The notes: generated by a model not told the origin, from the letters alone. DNA of 64,000 bases from Octopus sinensis (GCF_006345805.1 NC_043010.1:29698001-29762000), one strand, 5' to 3'. Shown: positions 50,235-63,470, numbered from the stretch's first letter. A program made the numbers and translations.

Positions 50235-50911
50235 GTTATAGCTAAAATAATAATTACATTGAGCATTTTTATGTACGTACACACACATACATATAAATAC
50301 ATATACATACATACTTTAATTCAAGTATACATATGTATATGAAGTATATATATGTTTAAGTGTATGCATAATTGTGTGAGTGTACTTTCCAAACATTGTA
50401 CAAAAGCCTTTGACTGAATCTACACCTTTAAAGGTAAGAAAAAAACTCATCAGAAAGGCAGTTTACTTGTGATTTTCATGGAAAATAGCAGATATTAGTG
50501 ATAGAGGGGGACTGTTATATCCTTTGTCTAATAGTTTGTGTATAACTGAGTGTGATGCTACACCTAAGGGGACTGGGGTAAACAGAATATAAACTACTAT
50601 GCTTTAATTTATTAACCTTAGTATCATGTAGTTCAGCACAGGTGTGTCAAGACTGTCTGTATAGAATGAACAGGAGAACAAACAGTCTGTCGAGAAGAGA
50701 GGAAGAGAAAGTAGGAGAAATGAAGATTGTAAATGGGAAAAAATGGAAGATGTGAGTAAAGAAATATGAGAAAGAAAGAGAGAGAGAGAAAGAAAGAAAC
50801 AGGCAAACTGGCATGTATGTGTAATTTGTATATATGTGTATATATGTGTGTGTGTGTGTGCATGTGTGTGTATATGTATGTGTGTATATATATATATGTA
50901 TGTATGTATGC

Positions 50912-50973
<62 letters not shown>

Positions 50974-51487
50974 ATATATATACATATTTATATATATAGA
51001 AATAGAGGGTGGAGCAAGGGAGAGAGAGAGAGAGAGAGACAGCGAGAGAAGGGGAGATTTACTAGAGGAAAATATCATGTTGCAAGAATTGAGAGAATAA
51101 TAAAAGAAGAAAGAGGGAGGTAGAGATGAGAGAAAATATCTATAGATGTATGAAAACACAAAAATGCCAGCTAGAAAGAGTGAGAGAAATTGTGTATGTG
51201 TGTGTTTGTTTGAAATGAAAAATGAGAGAATGTGTCAGATTAAGAAAGAGAGAGAAAAGAAAATATACATGAACAAAAGAAAGAGATAGAGAATAGCAAT
51301 AAGAAAGTTTGTAAGAGCAAAAAAGAGAGAGAAAGAGAGAGAGAGTGAAAAGGTGAAGAAATGCAACTCATTTATAGTAATGGACGGCAAGCAGTTTGTA
51401 AAGCATCAGATATCAATCACTCTCTCTCTCTTTCTTTCTCTCTAGCTCTCTATTGCTCCCTTTCTCTTTTCCTTGATACACAACAAT

Positions 51488-52843
51488 TCAGTCACTGGGC
51501 TGAGTATGAGAGGAGGTTGTTTGTCCTTGGGTGCTGGAGTCAGTAATCTTTGGGTTCATATTTGACTGGTTTGACATGCCAAGCCCTGCTGCAGGGAACA
51601 TTTGCAGAGCATGATAAATATGTGTGGTGTTACCTGGCACTTGAATAGAAGGGAAAATCTGAGCAATTGGATACATTGGTGTAGCAGCATTCTGAAATAT
51701 CTGACCACTTCCAGAGACTGCAGTTGCATTAAGAGGCTGTGATGTACCAGCAATGTTGAGTGTGTGAAGGACTTTTACTTGTTCATCATGTTGTTCATGA
51801 TGATGATGATGGTGGTGGTGGTGATGCTGATGATGATGATCATGCTGTTCCTTTTGAAATGTCTGGTTATCATCACTGCTTTCACCGTCCTTCTGCGGAA
51901 CGCAGCTCAGCTTTCGTTCCCCCTTGTTTGGTCGATTATGTCTGATAAGGTGATCATTGCGTGCAAATGCATAGCCACAGATCTTACATTTGAATGGTCT
52001 CTCACCAGTATGAATTCTCTTATGAATCTTTAGGTGGTCCTTCCTTGAAAGCGCTTTGCTACAGATGTCGCAACTGAACATCTTATCTGGTTGATGGCTG
52101 GTCATGTGGCGTATCAGGTGGTCGTTGCGTGCAAACGCATAGCCACAGGTTAGACATCGATACGGTCGCTCACCAGAGTGGATTCTCTGATGCACTTTAA
52201 GGTGGTCTCTACGAGATAGTGCTTTATTGCAGATATCGCAGGTAAATAGTTTCTGGTTGCTGTGAATACGTATATGGCGCACAAGATGGTCATTTCTGGC
52301 AAATGCAAAACCACATGTGGGGCATTTAAAAGGACGTTCTCCAGTGTGGATGCGTTTGTGCACTTTCAAGTGGTCACGTCGAGTTAAAGTCTTGTTGCAT
52401 ATGTCACAGCTATAAAGTTTCTCTGGTGTAATAGCTGCTTGTGTTATTGTTGTTGCAGTTGGTGTGGTGATGGAGGTGGTGGTGGTGTTGGTGGTATTTA
52501 CATGAGAATGGCAATGATGGTGATTGTGATTGTGCTGCTGGTGATGATGATGGTGGTGATGGTGTAGGTGAGGTTGATGAGACTGATGGATGTGAAGGCC
52601 TGCATGACTGTTGGAAATGTTTGTGACGGCTTTTCCATCAACATTAGACAGGGTAGCAGAGGTTGAAACATTAGTTGTGAGAGGAATAGGGTTTGATGGT
52701 GTGACAAAAGGACCACTTCCCCACACATCATAGGGTGTGCTCTTCTCAACAGAAGAACCAGAAGTTACTGTGAAGCTGGAAGTGGCCTTGTTCTCAATAG
52801 TTTTAGAAGAGGACTCAACATCGGTATTAGCCATTGAATTCAT
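51488..52843 (-). CDS. C2H2 zinc-finger protein ZF2 (451 aa from the first ATG; 5 intact fingers plus 1 lacking the last His; two polyHis tracts)
   Basis: (RRDHLKV finger + RNDHLxR finger) x3; acceptor TTTATTTTAATTCAG ends at 52846, 2 nt before the ATG at 52843, so the TTG start in the ORF track (52864) is probably intronic. Confidence 0.93.
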   Translation of the reverse strand: MNSMANTDVESSSKTIENKATSSFTVTSGSSVEKSTPYDVWGSGPFVTPSNPIPLTTNVSTSATLSNVDGKAVTNISNSHAGLHIHQSHQPHLHHHHHHHHQQHNHNHHHCHSHVNTTNTTTTSITTPTATTITQAAITPEKLYSCDICNKTLTRRDHLKVHKRIHTGERPFKCPTCGFAFARNDHLVRHIRIHSNQKLFTCDICNKALSRRDHLKVHQRIHSGERPYRCLTCGYAFARNDHLIRHMTSHQPDKMFSCDICSKALSRKDHLKIHKRIHTGERPFKCKICGYAFARNDHLIRHNRPNKGERKLSCVPQKDGESSDDNQTFQKEQHDHHHQHHHHHHHHHHEQHDEQVKVLHTLNIAGTSQPLNATAVSGSGQIFQNAATPMYPIAQIFPSIQVPGNTTHIYHALQMFPAAGLGMSNQSNMNPKITDSSTQGQTTSSHTQPSD

Positions 52844-54534
52844 GTCTGAATTAAAATAAAGCAAAATGGTTTAAAATGTCATTATTAAGATTTAGTCAGT
52901 CACAATTAGATACTACATGATACCAAATACCACTACGCTGGACAGCAGATTGACTTGGTTAAAACATCAACATAATCCTCATCGCTGTTATAATCATCTT
53001 CACCGTCAAAATCTTATCTTTCTTGTTTCCATTTATTTTGAATTAAGTACTTGCGTCCAATGGTTTTTTTTCCTCTTTGGTAACAGCGAATCTAAAATAA
53101 ACTCTTTGACTTACAAATATGAACTTATGTCATGAAAACAGATAAGCATTGTGTTCATATCACATCAACAGCAACAAGAGTAACAACAATTAAAAAAATA
53201 TATAAATATAACTATATATATGTATATGTGTGTGTGTGTGTATATATATAGAGAGAGAGGGAGAGAGAGAGAAAATAGATACATATATAGATAGACAGAC
53301 AGAGAGAGATATTAAAAAGAATCTTAAAAATAGTACGCAAATTAGTAGCTGCAGTACTCTTGAAGCTACCAGATTTGATGTGTATATAAACAAATTCGCT
53401 ACTTGTTTCCCTGTGATTGGTCAAATGATGTAGACACCTCTGAGGAGACCCCAATAAGGGCCAAAAATTGATTAAGGTTGTCCATTATTTTTTTCAATTT
53501 ACAAAGAAACAGGTAAATTTGTCATGTTTACAGATGTGTATGTAAATACAGATTACATAAAAAAAAGTAAGGATGGGAAAGATGGCAACCTCATGTTTGA
53601 TGTTGAAAATGTAATGAAAACTTTCAAAGTTACCAAGTGGAAATGGAGTTGTACCTCTAACGATATTTTGTGGTGTGATTGTTGTTTATGTTACAGTATT
53701 TGTGCAGTTTATATTTTTAGAAAGGACACAAGGAAATGACAGTTGTATTGGTGACTAGAATATAGGGAAAGAAGCAAACCACAAAATAATAATAATAATA
53801 AAAAGAAAATAATTACTAAATTAGTTTATCATTCTAATTATTGCAATTAACAAGTATTTTAAAAAACCCTACTTTTAAAACTGCCTATCCCGGTGTATTT
53901 TGCCACTTTTGTATGTGTTGTAATGATTATTTTCATTGTTATCATCGATGTTATTAGTTAATTAATGCTTCATAACGTTTCTAATAACTTTATGATACTG
54001 TGGAATAATATGAATAACTGAAAATGTAGCTCCCTCAGAATGTGATGTAACAATTACAAAAGATTAAACAAAATGAATAAACTGAAATGACAAGTTAGAG
54101 AGAAGTTGACAAAGCTGGTGGGGGTCAAAACATGCCACCTTAGAGGATCCATTGTGGAAAACCAAAAACAAAAAAAAAATGAAGAAAAGGGCCAGAAAAT
54201 GTTTCAAATTCTCAGGTTCTAAATCAACTTCAAGGTGTTCTGAAAATTGCAGAGATGGAAATATTCAGTTGAAGGTGACTGGTACCATGGTGAACCACAG
54301 ACAGGAGCATAGATGGAGCCATTTGGAGATGTGGAACTCCTATAGAGAAGAAATTTAAAAAAAAAAGCATCAGTTAGAGAGCTGACATCACTATCACAAA
54401 TTCAAAAATATATTTTTGTGATATTTTATGCTGCTGCATACCTCGATTAGAAGAATTTAAGGTGTAACTTGTGAGCTTCATACTCTCCTAATTTACACAG
54501 TCAAACACACACACACATCTTTTTTGGCTTTTTT

Positions 54535-55100
54535 ATCCCACTTGTTTCAGTCATTGGATAGCAGCCATACCAGGGCACTGCTTTGAAGACTTTAGCTGAC
54601 CAAATCAAACCCAGTAATTACTTTAAGTCAGGTACTTATACCAAACCTGACAAAGAACTGAGATATCTGGTGCCTTGCTGTACTCAAGAAGATCCAGCCG
54701 CCACAGCAGGACTGATACTGGTGCCACATAAAAAGCACCAAGTACATTCTGTGGAGTAGTTGGTATTAGGAAGGGCAACCAGCCATAGAAACCATGCCAG
54801 AACAGACAATGGAACCTGGTGTCACCCCTGGCCTTACCAGCTCCAGTCAAACCATCCAATCTATGCCAGCATGGATAATGCATGTTAAATGATGATAATG
54901 ATTAAGTCAGAGGAAAATAAACAAACATCAGTCATCAAGGTGCACATTCATATGGTTAGCTTCTGCAGTTTCTCATTCACAAAACATTGATCAGCCAGAG
55001 GCTGAAGAAGACACATGCCCAAAGCATTATCAAATGAGATTGAATCCAGAACCATGTGGTTGTGAAACAAACTTCTTAACCACACTGCTATCCCAGTGCA
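54535..55100 (-). mobile_element. SINE family A interrupted by a plus-strand RTE tail fragment (about 54660-54903)
   Basis: SINE tail 54535-54640 resumes at 54905; the insert ends CATGTTAAATGATGATAATG. Confidence 0.7.
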
Positions 55101-55567
55101 TGCGTGAGTATGTGTGTTCATGTGTGCATTAAAATATATTTGTATGTATAAACTCTTTGTATATACTATACTCAAACAATAATTATTTAATTATTCCATA
55201 AAGATAATTACTGAAACATGAATATCATGAGATAGTCATTAGTTAGACTCATGGAATTTAAGATGCACAGGAGCATGCCTAGATTGATTTGTCTCATGGA
55301 TTACCCAAATTAAATAAGCTGTAATGATAAACCAATTATCTTCTTTGACACTACTTTTATGCTATGAGCTATGAGATAATTTCCAAAATAATCTTTTGGT
55401 AAGGTCCAAAGTTATGGTTCATCACAATTCCATATTGTAAGTCCATGGGTGGGCTTCAGATAAACTGGTTTTTACAGAGTGATATATAAGAGATAAGTTA
55501 AAATAATGGCCATTACATATAATTCCTTTATTATAGCAAATTTAGCTTGCAGCTGTTCCCAGGATTC

Positions 55568-55701
55568 ATTATAGATAGGTTTACTCAATTGGTCTATTGA
55601 TCAACTGAGGTAAACTGAAAGACCTAAGAAAATTAATGCTACCTTCGTCAGAGCCATTGCTGGAATAACAAATGGACCAATTGAGTAAACCTATCTATAA
55701 T
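55568..55701. mobile_element. MITE with perfect 27 bp TIRs, 80 bp spacer
   Basis: ATTATAGATAGGTTTACTCAATTGGTC / GACCAATTGAGTAAACCTATCTATAAT. Confidence 0.85.
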
Positions 55702-56199
55702 AACTACTGGAAACAGCTGTAAGCCAATTTTGCTATAAACGACCATTATTTTAACTTGTTTCTTATACATATATATATAATCTGAAAAGTATAGTATTAG
55801 ATATCCATCATGGCTGATCTTATCAATTGGTTTCGTGTAAAGAATACAAAGGAGTATTAGGAAACAATCCGATTATATAACTTTACATTCATCAGAGTTA
55901 GCCGATATAGAAGGTAATGTTGACAATAGAGAGCAGTCACCATATTCCCTTCCATATTGGCTAACTCTGATGAGCATAAAGTTATATTAGCAGATTGTTA
56001 CCTAACACTCCATTGTATTCTTTTCATGAAACTAATTGGTAAGATCAGCTGTGATGGATATTTAATACTATACTTTTCAGATAAAATAGCCACACTACTG
56101 ACAGATGGTGTAGATTCTAATTATATTGGAATTTGTTAGGAAAAAATTTTTTCGGATGGGGTGTGGGGAGAAGTGTTTCAGAAAATTCACATGAGTCAG

Positions 56200-56514
56200 C
56201 TTTGTTTCCTCATAACTTTCAGAAAAATGTGTATTTTTTTAGTGAAATTTTCTACAAATATTTTTCAGAGTGTGTAGGTTACAATTATATAATTGATATG
56301 GAAAAGAAATAAAAATTATGAACATGCACACACATACCAGATAACAATTTTTTTCGAAATGTCAAGTTTTATTTTGTAGATATATGTCAGTATGTATGTG
56401 TGCGAGTCAACCAATTTCTTTTTCATATAATCGTAATCTACACACCCTGAAGGACGTTTGTAGAAAATTTCATTAAAAAATATCTATTTTTCTGAAAGTT
56501 ATAATGAAACAAAG
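56200..56514. mobile_element. MITE/fold-back with ~100 bp inverted arms
   Basis: 56200-56310 versus reverse complement of 56414-56514 (CTTTGTTTC..ATAACTTTCAGAAAAAT..GAAATTTTCTACAAA..GTGTGTAG). Confidence 0.85.
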
Positions 56515-59500
56515 TCGAAGGGAGGACACGCTTGTGTAAATATGCCTATATATGTGTGTGTGTGTGTGTGTGTATGCATACATATATTATTGTGAGGATA
56601 TATATATATACCTCATAAAGGGAATTGGAATTCTATTAATAAATTGATGTCTGTCTGTCGATTTCTTTATTTTCCTTTCTTTTACACACAAACACACATA
56701 TATAGTAGGTTATAATTTCATTCGGATGTTAACCCTGGAGTTTATTTTATTAAGCTCACCCACGGATCCAGTCTATCAAACACACAATAATCCGGAGATT
56801 GTTTTATCAAACACATGCCTAAAAATCCACAAATATCCTTAGAGGTTTTACAATTATAAACAAGGGGAATGGAATGAGCAAATCTTTTTATATTGCATTA
56901 TAAATACATTTGGCACAGTGACGTAGCGTGGGTTTCAGTCACACTTTGAGAGATTTCTAAATATGTTTGACGTTTAAAAAGAATATTACTAAGTAGAGAA
57001 TAGAGAATCAGATTCCCATGCAAATGATATAGAAGTTTACGAAATAGAAAAACTTTTAAATGTTATTTATTTTTGCAATCATAATTATCCTCCCCCAGCA
57101 TATTATCATCAAAGCGCTAAAAAAGTCTGAAAGTGGAACCTGGGAGATCGAGTGCAACAGATATCCAATATTTTGAGTTCAACTCTCACTAAGGTTAAAA
57201 CTTTCCTTTCCCCTCCTCAACTCGTTGGAGAAGAAATAATATCCTATATTTAGTTGATTTTATCACTATATCCTTCCCATATTAACACAAATCAATATTG
57301 TCAAATGAAATGTTTACAATTATTATTTTATTGCTGTGTTATAACTGCTGTGGCAAATAAAGAAATCCTAAATAATTCATGCAGCTGGGGAAAGTACAAG
57401 AGTCGTAACATACTGTCGTGTCTACCACACCGAATCTGCGACGTCGTTTCGATTCCAGGTGAAGTCATTCCATTTCAGTTACTGTGAGTTAGCGAAATTA
57501 CACGAATACTACATTCATTTCCTGCTCCAAATTATTAATGTTATTATCATTATTATAATCTTTTTTATAATTATAATCTTCAAAATAAACTATAACTATG
57601 ATTATTGTTGTTATTTCCAAGATTCATTTTGCTCAGTGAAAGGTGACAGTAGAGGGATGGAGACAGTGTGTATAGGAAAATTCAGTAAAACCTAAGATGC
57701 CATTTGACAACTACTGGGACAGTGAATCTTAGAGATTATGTGAGTCGATTATGGGACACAGTGAATATGGAATGAGTACGGGGAAATATTAAAATAAACT
57801 CGAAAAAATACAGCACCTTGAGTATAAAACGGCTCCATCAAAGGCGTTCAAGGTATCAGACGGTGTATTCGTAGTGAAATCTCTTCTAAATAGAATGTCT
57901 TACAAGTGTTATTCACGTCCAAATCTGTTTCGCGCTCAGCATCTTTTTTTTTTTTTTTTACCTTTATCATTTTCTGGCAGTAACCATTGTGACAAGAATA
58001 TTCACGGCTTCTGGATATTACTGCTACCAGAAAAATCAGGAGATATGTTGTACGCGTTTTTAAATAGCTATTATTTCTGAATTACCACATCTTTGAATCT
58101 ACCGATACAATAATGGAACCTCTCGACTACGAAAAGAGTGGCCAAATGTCTATCAATACACAGCTCTACCATCTTTTAAAAAGAAACAAATATTGTTTAG
58201 TATCGATAACTTTAGGTTTAGCAAAATATAAAACGGAATGTACCCTTAACTCGTATCTAACTGTGAAAACCAGTGACGATTCTTCCAAGTAACCTCTTAA
58301 AAAAGACAGGACTGTTACGGCTGCAATGTCGTTAGTGCCCTCACTATAGTCTCCCCCACCACTGTCGTCTCTTTTGTATTATAGTTCCATTGAAATCTAG
58401 GGCGTATAATACAGTTTTTGACGGATACTTTATTTTATCCATCTCAGAAGAATAAAAGGCGGCACAATTTGGTCTTAGAATAACGGGTTGTAACTAAATG
58501 TTCAGGAATTTTATCAGATGCCTTACCGAATCTTTCAGTGTCATCCAATAAGTAGTTAGTGCTTTTAAGTTATTGCTTATTATAAGGATTCCATTAACCT
58601 TCACCTTAAAAACATCCAAGCCTTATGACAAAATGAAATCATAACGTCGGAAATGGAGATAGTAATGATGAAGGCTATGATCAGTTGGCGGTTTTGAAGA
58701 AAGGGCATCAAAACAAATTTATTTCTTGTATAAGATTTTACTCTTATCATTTCTCGGTTCGTTCTGTAGTTCGTTTTTCTTGTCTCTAAGTCTGTAATCC
58801 ATGCATGGGCAAACTTTTTCGGGAAGTGGACCACATGATACGAGGTTCATCATCAGGTGAACCGCCCATCTAAAAATAATTCTGAAGTAATTTTCATTTG
58901 GCGTGACATTCAGAAAGTCCCGCAGGCTACATTTTGCCCATGAATGATGTAATTGCTCCCTTCATCTCGTGTCTTTTCTTAAAGTTTCCTTGTGTCTGTG
59001 GTCAAGGTACTTGCTCATAATCCTGTTTATTTATTTATAAAATAAGAACCACTGAATGGAAATTGCATATTCAATTGCTTAGTTCCTTTTCTTGTTCATA
59101 TTGTTTAAACCTATGTCAGCTCTAATCAAAGTATTCCAGCGATGACCATCCAACCCCCTTGCGAGCATAGTGTGCCTCAAATTATATTAACCAATGATTT
59201 ATTTTGAAGGAGAGATTACTATTTCTAGCAAGCTAAGCTACCCACATAGGTGCCTTTTCATTGACTAAAATTTCTTTTGTCTCTGTTCAAAGAGGTAATT
59301 TCAGAGAAGTTTCTGAAGAATAATCAGGCAGCATTAGTTTACACACGCGTACACAGAAGAGGAACTTCAAGCGTAACTCAATGTTTTATTATATTTCTCT
59401 TTGCTCTTCATAATTTTGTATAGCAATAAGCTGAGTTAGACCAACATTCTAGCACAGCGTAAAATAATAGTCTGCATGCTACCGACTGTTTTATACTTCT

Positions 59501-60830
59501 TGGTTTTTACCACAATCAAGCTATAATGTTTTTGAAAGGTATCTATAGGAAGTACATGGCCCTGATATACTTTTCTATGCCTTTAAAATGGATACATCAC
59601 TATAATTATTTGACAAAAATTTGACATTTATTATGCACTCCAAGAAATTTCGGTAAATTTTCTCACTTCAAAGTTATTTTGTTTAGCCTGCGCCAGTGTT
59701 TGCACTGAAGCCATAGGAGAAGGGGATTAATAATTTCTGATTTTTCTGTTTTCTCCGTATCTGTTTGAAACCGTTATTTTACAAGTATTGCATCGTCGTT
59801 TTGTACTGTTGCATCATCTCTAAGAGTAAAAATTGGCCAGCATAGTGGTTGTTGAAGTTGAGTTTGAAACATAGGTAACAGATACTTTTTTTTTCAAGAA
59901 ATCTTTCTTCGGCTTTGGCCTAATTGTAATTGAAGTTACTAACAAGATATCTGGATAATTTTTGGTGTTTAACAATCAAAATTCTTTTCTCTGTTGGATT
60001 CCTGGTCAATTTTCCCCACACACTAATGTCTAATTCGATAATTTTCAATTTCTCAAAGAATGATGTCAAAAAATGGGGGCAAAATAAGTATTGACTAATT
60101 TCAGTAATTTCTTATCCTTAACTGCATGGTGGGTAAATATACCAGGAAAAGAACCACACTAGTAGATCGTGTAGAAGTAAGAGAGAATATTTTATGTTGG
60201 GTTTTTAGATTTAATCAAGTTTCGTTAGTTTCTTATGATGTGCCATTTTTCATAACCCTCTTTCATGTGACCCAAATATTATAAATTTTTGTTGCTTTTC
60301 TGATCTTTATGATCTTCAAGGATGGATATTGATTTGTACGAGTGTTTTTCAAATGTAATTCTGGAGAAACGAAGAGGCAAATTTATCTTATTTTGTCTTA
60401 CTTATTTTGCCCCATCTAAATTTGTCTTTTGTATGCTCAAACAGAACGGAGATAATTTTATGAGAACGTGTTGTGAATATGCTATAATGTTTTTAATGTA
60501 TTTTAAAGAAGGTAATTTTCTTAGCTAATGTAGTTTTTGTAAGGTAGTGAACATATGTAAAAAAAATTTTTTTCCTCAAAGTCAAAAATGCAGTAAATAC
60601 TACTCACTCTTTCCTTTCTTTATAAAAGTTTTAGAGTAACATGAATGACGAGTGAATTACAAAACGATGACAATGTTTAAAAAATCGGCTATTTACAATT
60701 TACTACATGAAGAAATATAACTAAATATACTTATATTGTATGAACACAATTATTGCTATTATACTTTTGTCTGGCAAGAGATTTTATCTGAAATGAGTAT
60801 AAGACGTTTTGGCACCGCCTATTTGATATT

Positions 60831-60964
60831 CTTTTCTTCTCTAGGTACAAGTATTGAAATTTGGGGGGAGGGAACCAGTCGATTAGATCGACCCCAGTAC
60901 GCACTGATACTTATTTTATCGACCCTGAAAGGATGAAAGGCAAAGTCGACCTCGGCGGAATTTG
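60831..60964 (-). mobile_element. 5'-truncated SINE family B with 17 bp target-site duplication
   Basis: ACCGCCTATTTGATATT at 60814-60830 and 60965-60981. Confidence 0.92.
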
Positions 60965-61152
60965 ACCGCCTATTTGATATTGCTGATTCGATTCCGACTT
61001 ATCTCATAGACATTTTAATGCTTCTCTTCTTCTCTCTCAACGCCCCCTTTTTATCTACGTTTATTCGGTGTTTGGGTTAAATTTAACGATGAGGAAAATT
61101 TAACTTACATGGAGGAATGGAAGCTATCTGAATATTGGAAAAGAGTTACCTG

Positions 61153-61556
61153 GGACTTTTCGGTTTGAACGGCAGTTTTTTAAAATAATTTCCACGTAAC
61201 TAAACACTTTTAAACTTCGTATACTGGTAGAATGTGTTTATAAAACATCTTTTTCTCTTGGCTTTATTGAGAAAATTCTATAGTTTGTAAGATATTTGTT
61301 GTTGCTTTTTCTTCAGTTTCTGCAATTTCAACCAATCAATGACGTTTATTGAGGTGAAAACGTTCTGTGCCGTATGAATATGTCCCTCGTTTAAGAAACA
61401 GATTGGGTTTATTTACATTTGTGAAGAAAAAAAGATACCCTTCCCCCTAACCATAAACTGATTGAAATGCAATAGATCGATACTAGGGTCATAATTATGG
61501 GTAACAATTTCATATGACACCGCTAGAAAAAACTGCTGTTCAAACCGAAAAGATCC
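61153..61556. mobile_element. Merlin-like MITE, copy 1
   Basis: ~30 bp TIRs GGA(T)CTTTTCGGTTTGAACGGCAGTTTTTT; homologous to 62582-62999; no clean TSD. Confidence 0.75.
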
Positions 61557-62581
61557 CTTGTGTGGAATAAAACAACTTTGTTTCATAGAATAGGTATCAG
61601 AATTTAAAAAAAAAATAAAGTACTGGGTTAATTTAAAGACACTGACATAGCTTGGCTGCAATCCAATGACTGAAATAAGTAAAAGAATACAAGAGTAAAA
61701 GACAGTTACTTGTGATTGGCAGCTGTAATTGATGTACACTGGATTAAGCTTAAAATAACAGAACAGCTCCCAGACATCAGTTGTGAGACATTGATGATTC
61801 TACTACATGATATAGCTTTAAGCTGTCATGTTGATTATCTAGGTTTTGCTTATTTCATGGGTGTTCTGACTGACTTGAAACAGTTTATAGGTGAGAGGGA
61901 AGCTACACTGTTGGCAGAAAGTGAAAGAGAAAGGAAGAGGAAGGATACATTGTAGACAAAGAGAGAGAGAGACAGGTGGGGAGAGAAAGAAAGTGAGTGA
62001 AAGAATAGGTGCTAAATATTTACTTTTCCTATGCATTGATACACGTAGTCACTTGATATTCAATGATCAAAGATCAAAGGTAGCTTACCTGGGAGTGACT
62101 GCATTATTTAGATGCATGATATAATGTTTCTTATTGGTGAGGTTTTAAAACTTACATATTGCAGAGATCTCTACACTACTTGATAATATGAAGGTTACAT
62201 GCACATGTGCATGCTCTCTCTTTCTCTCTCACACATACACACACGCCATCATCACCACTACTGCCGCCATCATCATCATCTTCATCATCATCATCATCAT
62301 CAACAACATTATTATCATCATCATCATTTTGTGTCTGCTTTTCAATGGTGGCATAAGTCACATGCAACTCACTAAGATCCAGCTACAAACAGCAACAGAA
62401 GCAATTGGCCAGCTTAGTTGTGTTTCTTACAATGCAGACTGGTTATATTTTATTAATCACTTAACACTAGAGAGGATGTCTGAGGCTATACTAAAAACTC
62501 AGTCATGCCATATAACCATTCCAATTCACATTCATTTCTCTGCTAAATGAAAAGAGACTACATCTTGTTTATAAAAGCCTT

Positions 62582-62999
62582 GGATCTTTTCGGTTTGAAT
62601 GACAGTTTTTTAAAATAATTTCCTCATAACTAAACACTTTTAAACTTCTTATACTGGTAGAATGTGTTTATAAAAGATCTTTTTCTCTTGGCTTTATTGA
62701 GAAAATTCTATAGTTTGTAAGATATTTGTTGTTTTTTTTTCTTCAATTTCTGCAATTTCAACCAATCAATGACATCGATTGAGGTGAAAACATTCTGTGC
62801 TGTATGAATATGTCCCTTGTTTAAGAAACTGATTGGGTTTATTTACATTTGTGAATAAAAAAAGATATCCTTCTCCCCACCCCTAACCCTAACCCTAAAA
62901 CAGATTGAAATGCAATAGATCGAGACTAGGGTCATAATTATGGGTGACAATTTCATATGACACCGCTAGAAAAAACTGTCGTTCAAACCGAAAAGATCC
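62582..62999. mobile_element. Merlin-like MITE, copy 2, 8 bp TSD AAAGCCTT
   Basis: TIRs start GG; TSD at 62574-62581 and 63000-63007; GG termini with an 8 bp TSD fit the Merlin/IS1016 superfamily. Confidence 0.8.
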
Positions 63000-63016
63000 A
63001 AAGCCTTTGATATATT

Positions 63017-63470
63017 GTCATCATCATCACCATTTAACATCTGTTTTCCATGCAGTCATGAGCTGGACTGTTTGACATAAGTTGGTTAGTCAGAGGACTG
63101 TTCCAAGTTCCTGTGTCTGCTTTGGTATAGTTTCTACTGCTGGATGCCCTTCCTGATGCCAGTCACTTTACTGAGTTTACTGGGTGCTTTTTTTATGTAG
63201 TAATGGTATTAGTGAAGCCACCAAATAACTTGCAAGACAAGACTCATCAACTGACGTGGGTGAGGAGTATTGTGTTGGGGGTTCAGCTTTATATCAGGTG
63301 ACGAGAGGTTAAAGTGTGATAGACGGATAGGAACAGGTGTCTTGCTATTGGGGAGATACATGGTTACTCCAGTTAGAAAAGAGAGAAGATGGTGAAGATG
63401 TATCAGTGCTGCATGCCCTCAAATTACAGTAAGGTGAATGTAAGAGAAGTGGTACGGAGAATTGAACAGG
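63017..63470 (-). mobile_element. RTE-type 3' UTR/tail fragment
   Basis: CATCATCATCACCATTTAACATC tail; homologous to 520-1072. Confidence 0.7.

Larger units (their letters stand above)
56400..61560. promoter_or_regulatory. CpG-retaining domain, candidate ZF2 promoter/first exon region (possibly bidirectional)
   Basis: CpGs are visibly frequent here and scarce in flanking old sequence; candidate minus-strand donors GG|GTGAGC at 56759 and TCG|GTAAGG near 58525. Confidence 0.4.

Noticed and set aside
22478-52843. Assigning gene symbols (KLF/EGR/ZBTB7-like) to ZF1 or ZF2
   Set aside because: Only generic finger similarity; no diagnostic domain or recognisable orthologue signature.
54623-54910. 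TTAAGTCAG twice, as an apparent TSD of the RTE fragment
   Set aside because: Each occurrence maps to a different part of the host SINE and the first is not at the junction.
62880-62898. CCCTAA repeats as an interstitial telomere
   Set aside because: About three units inside a MITE; the sister copy has a single degenerate unit at the same place.
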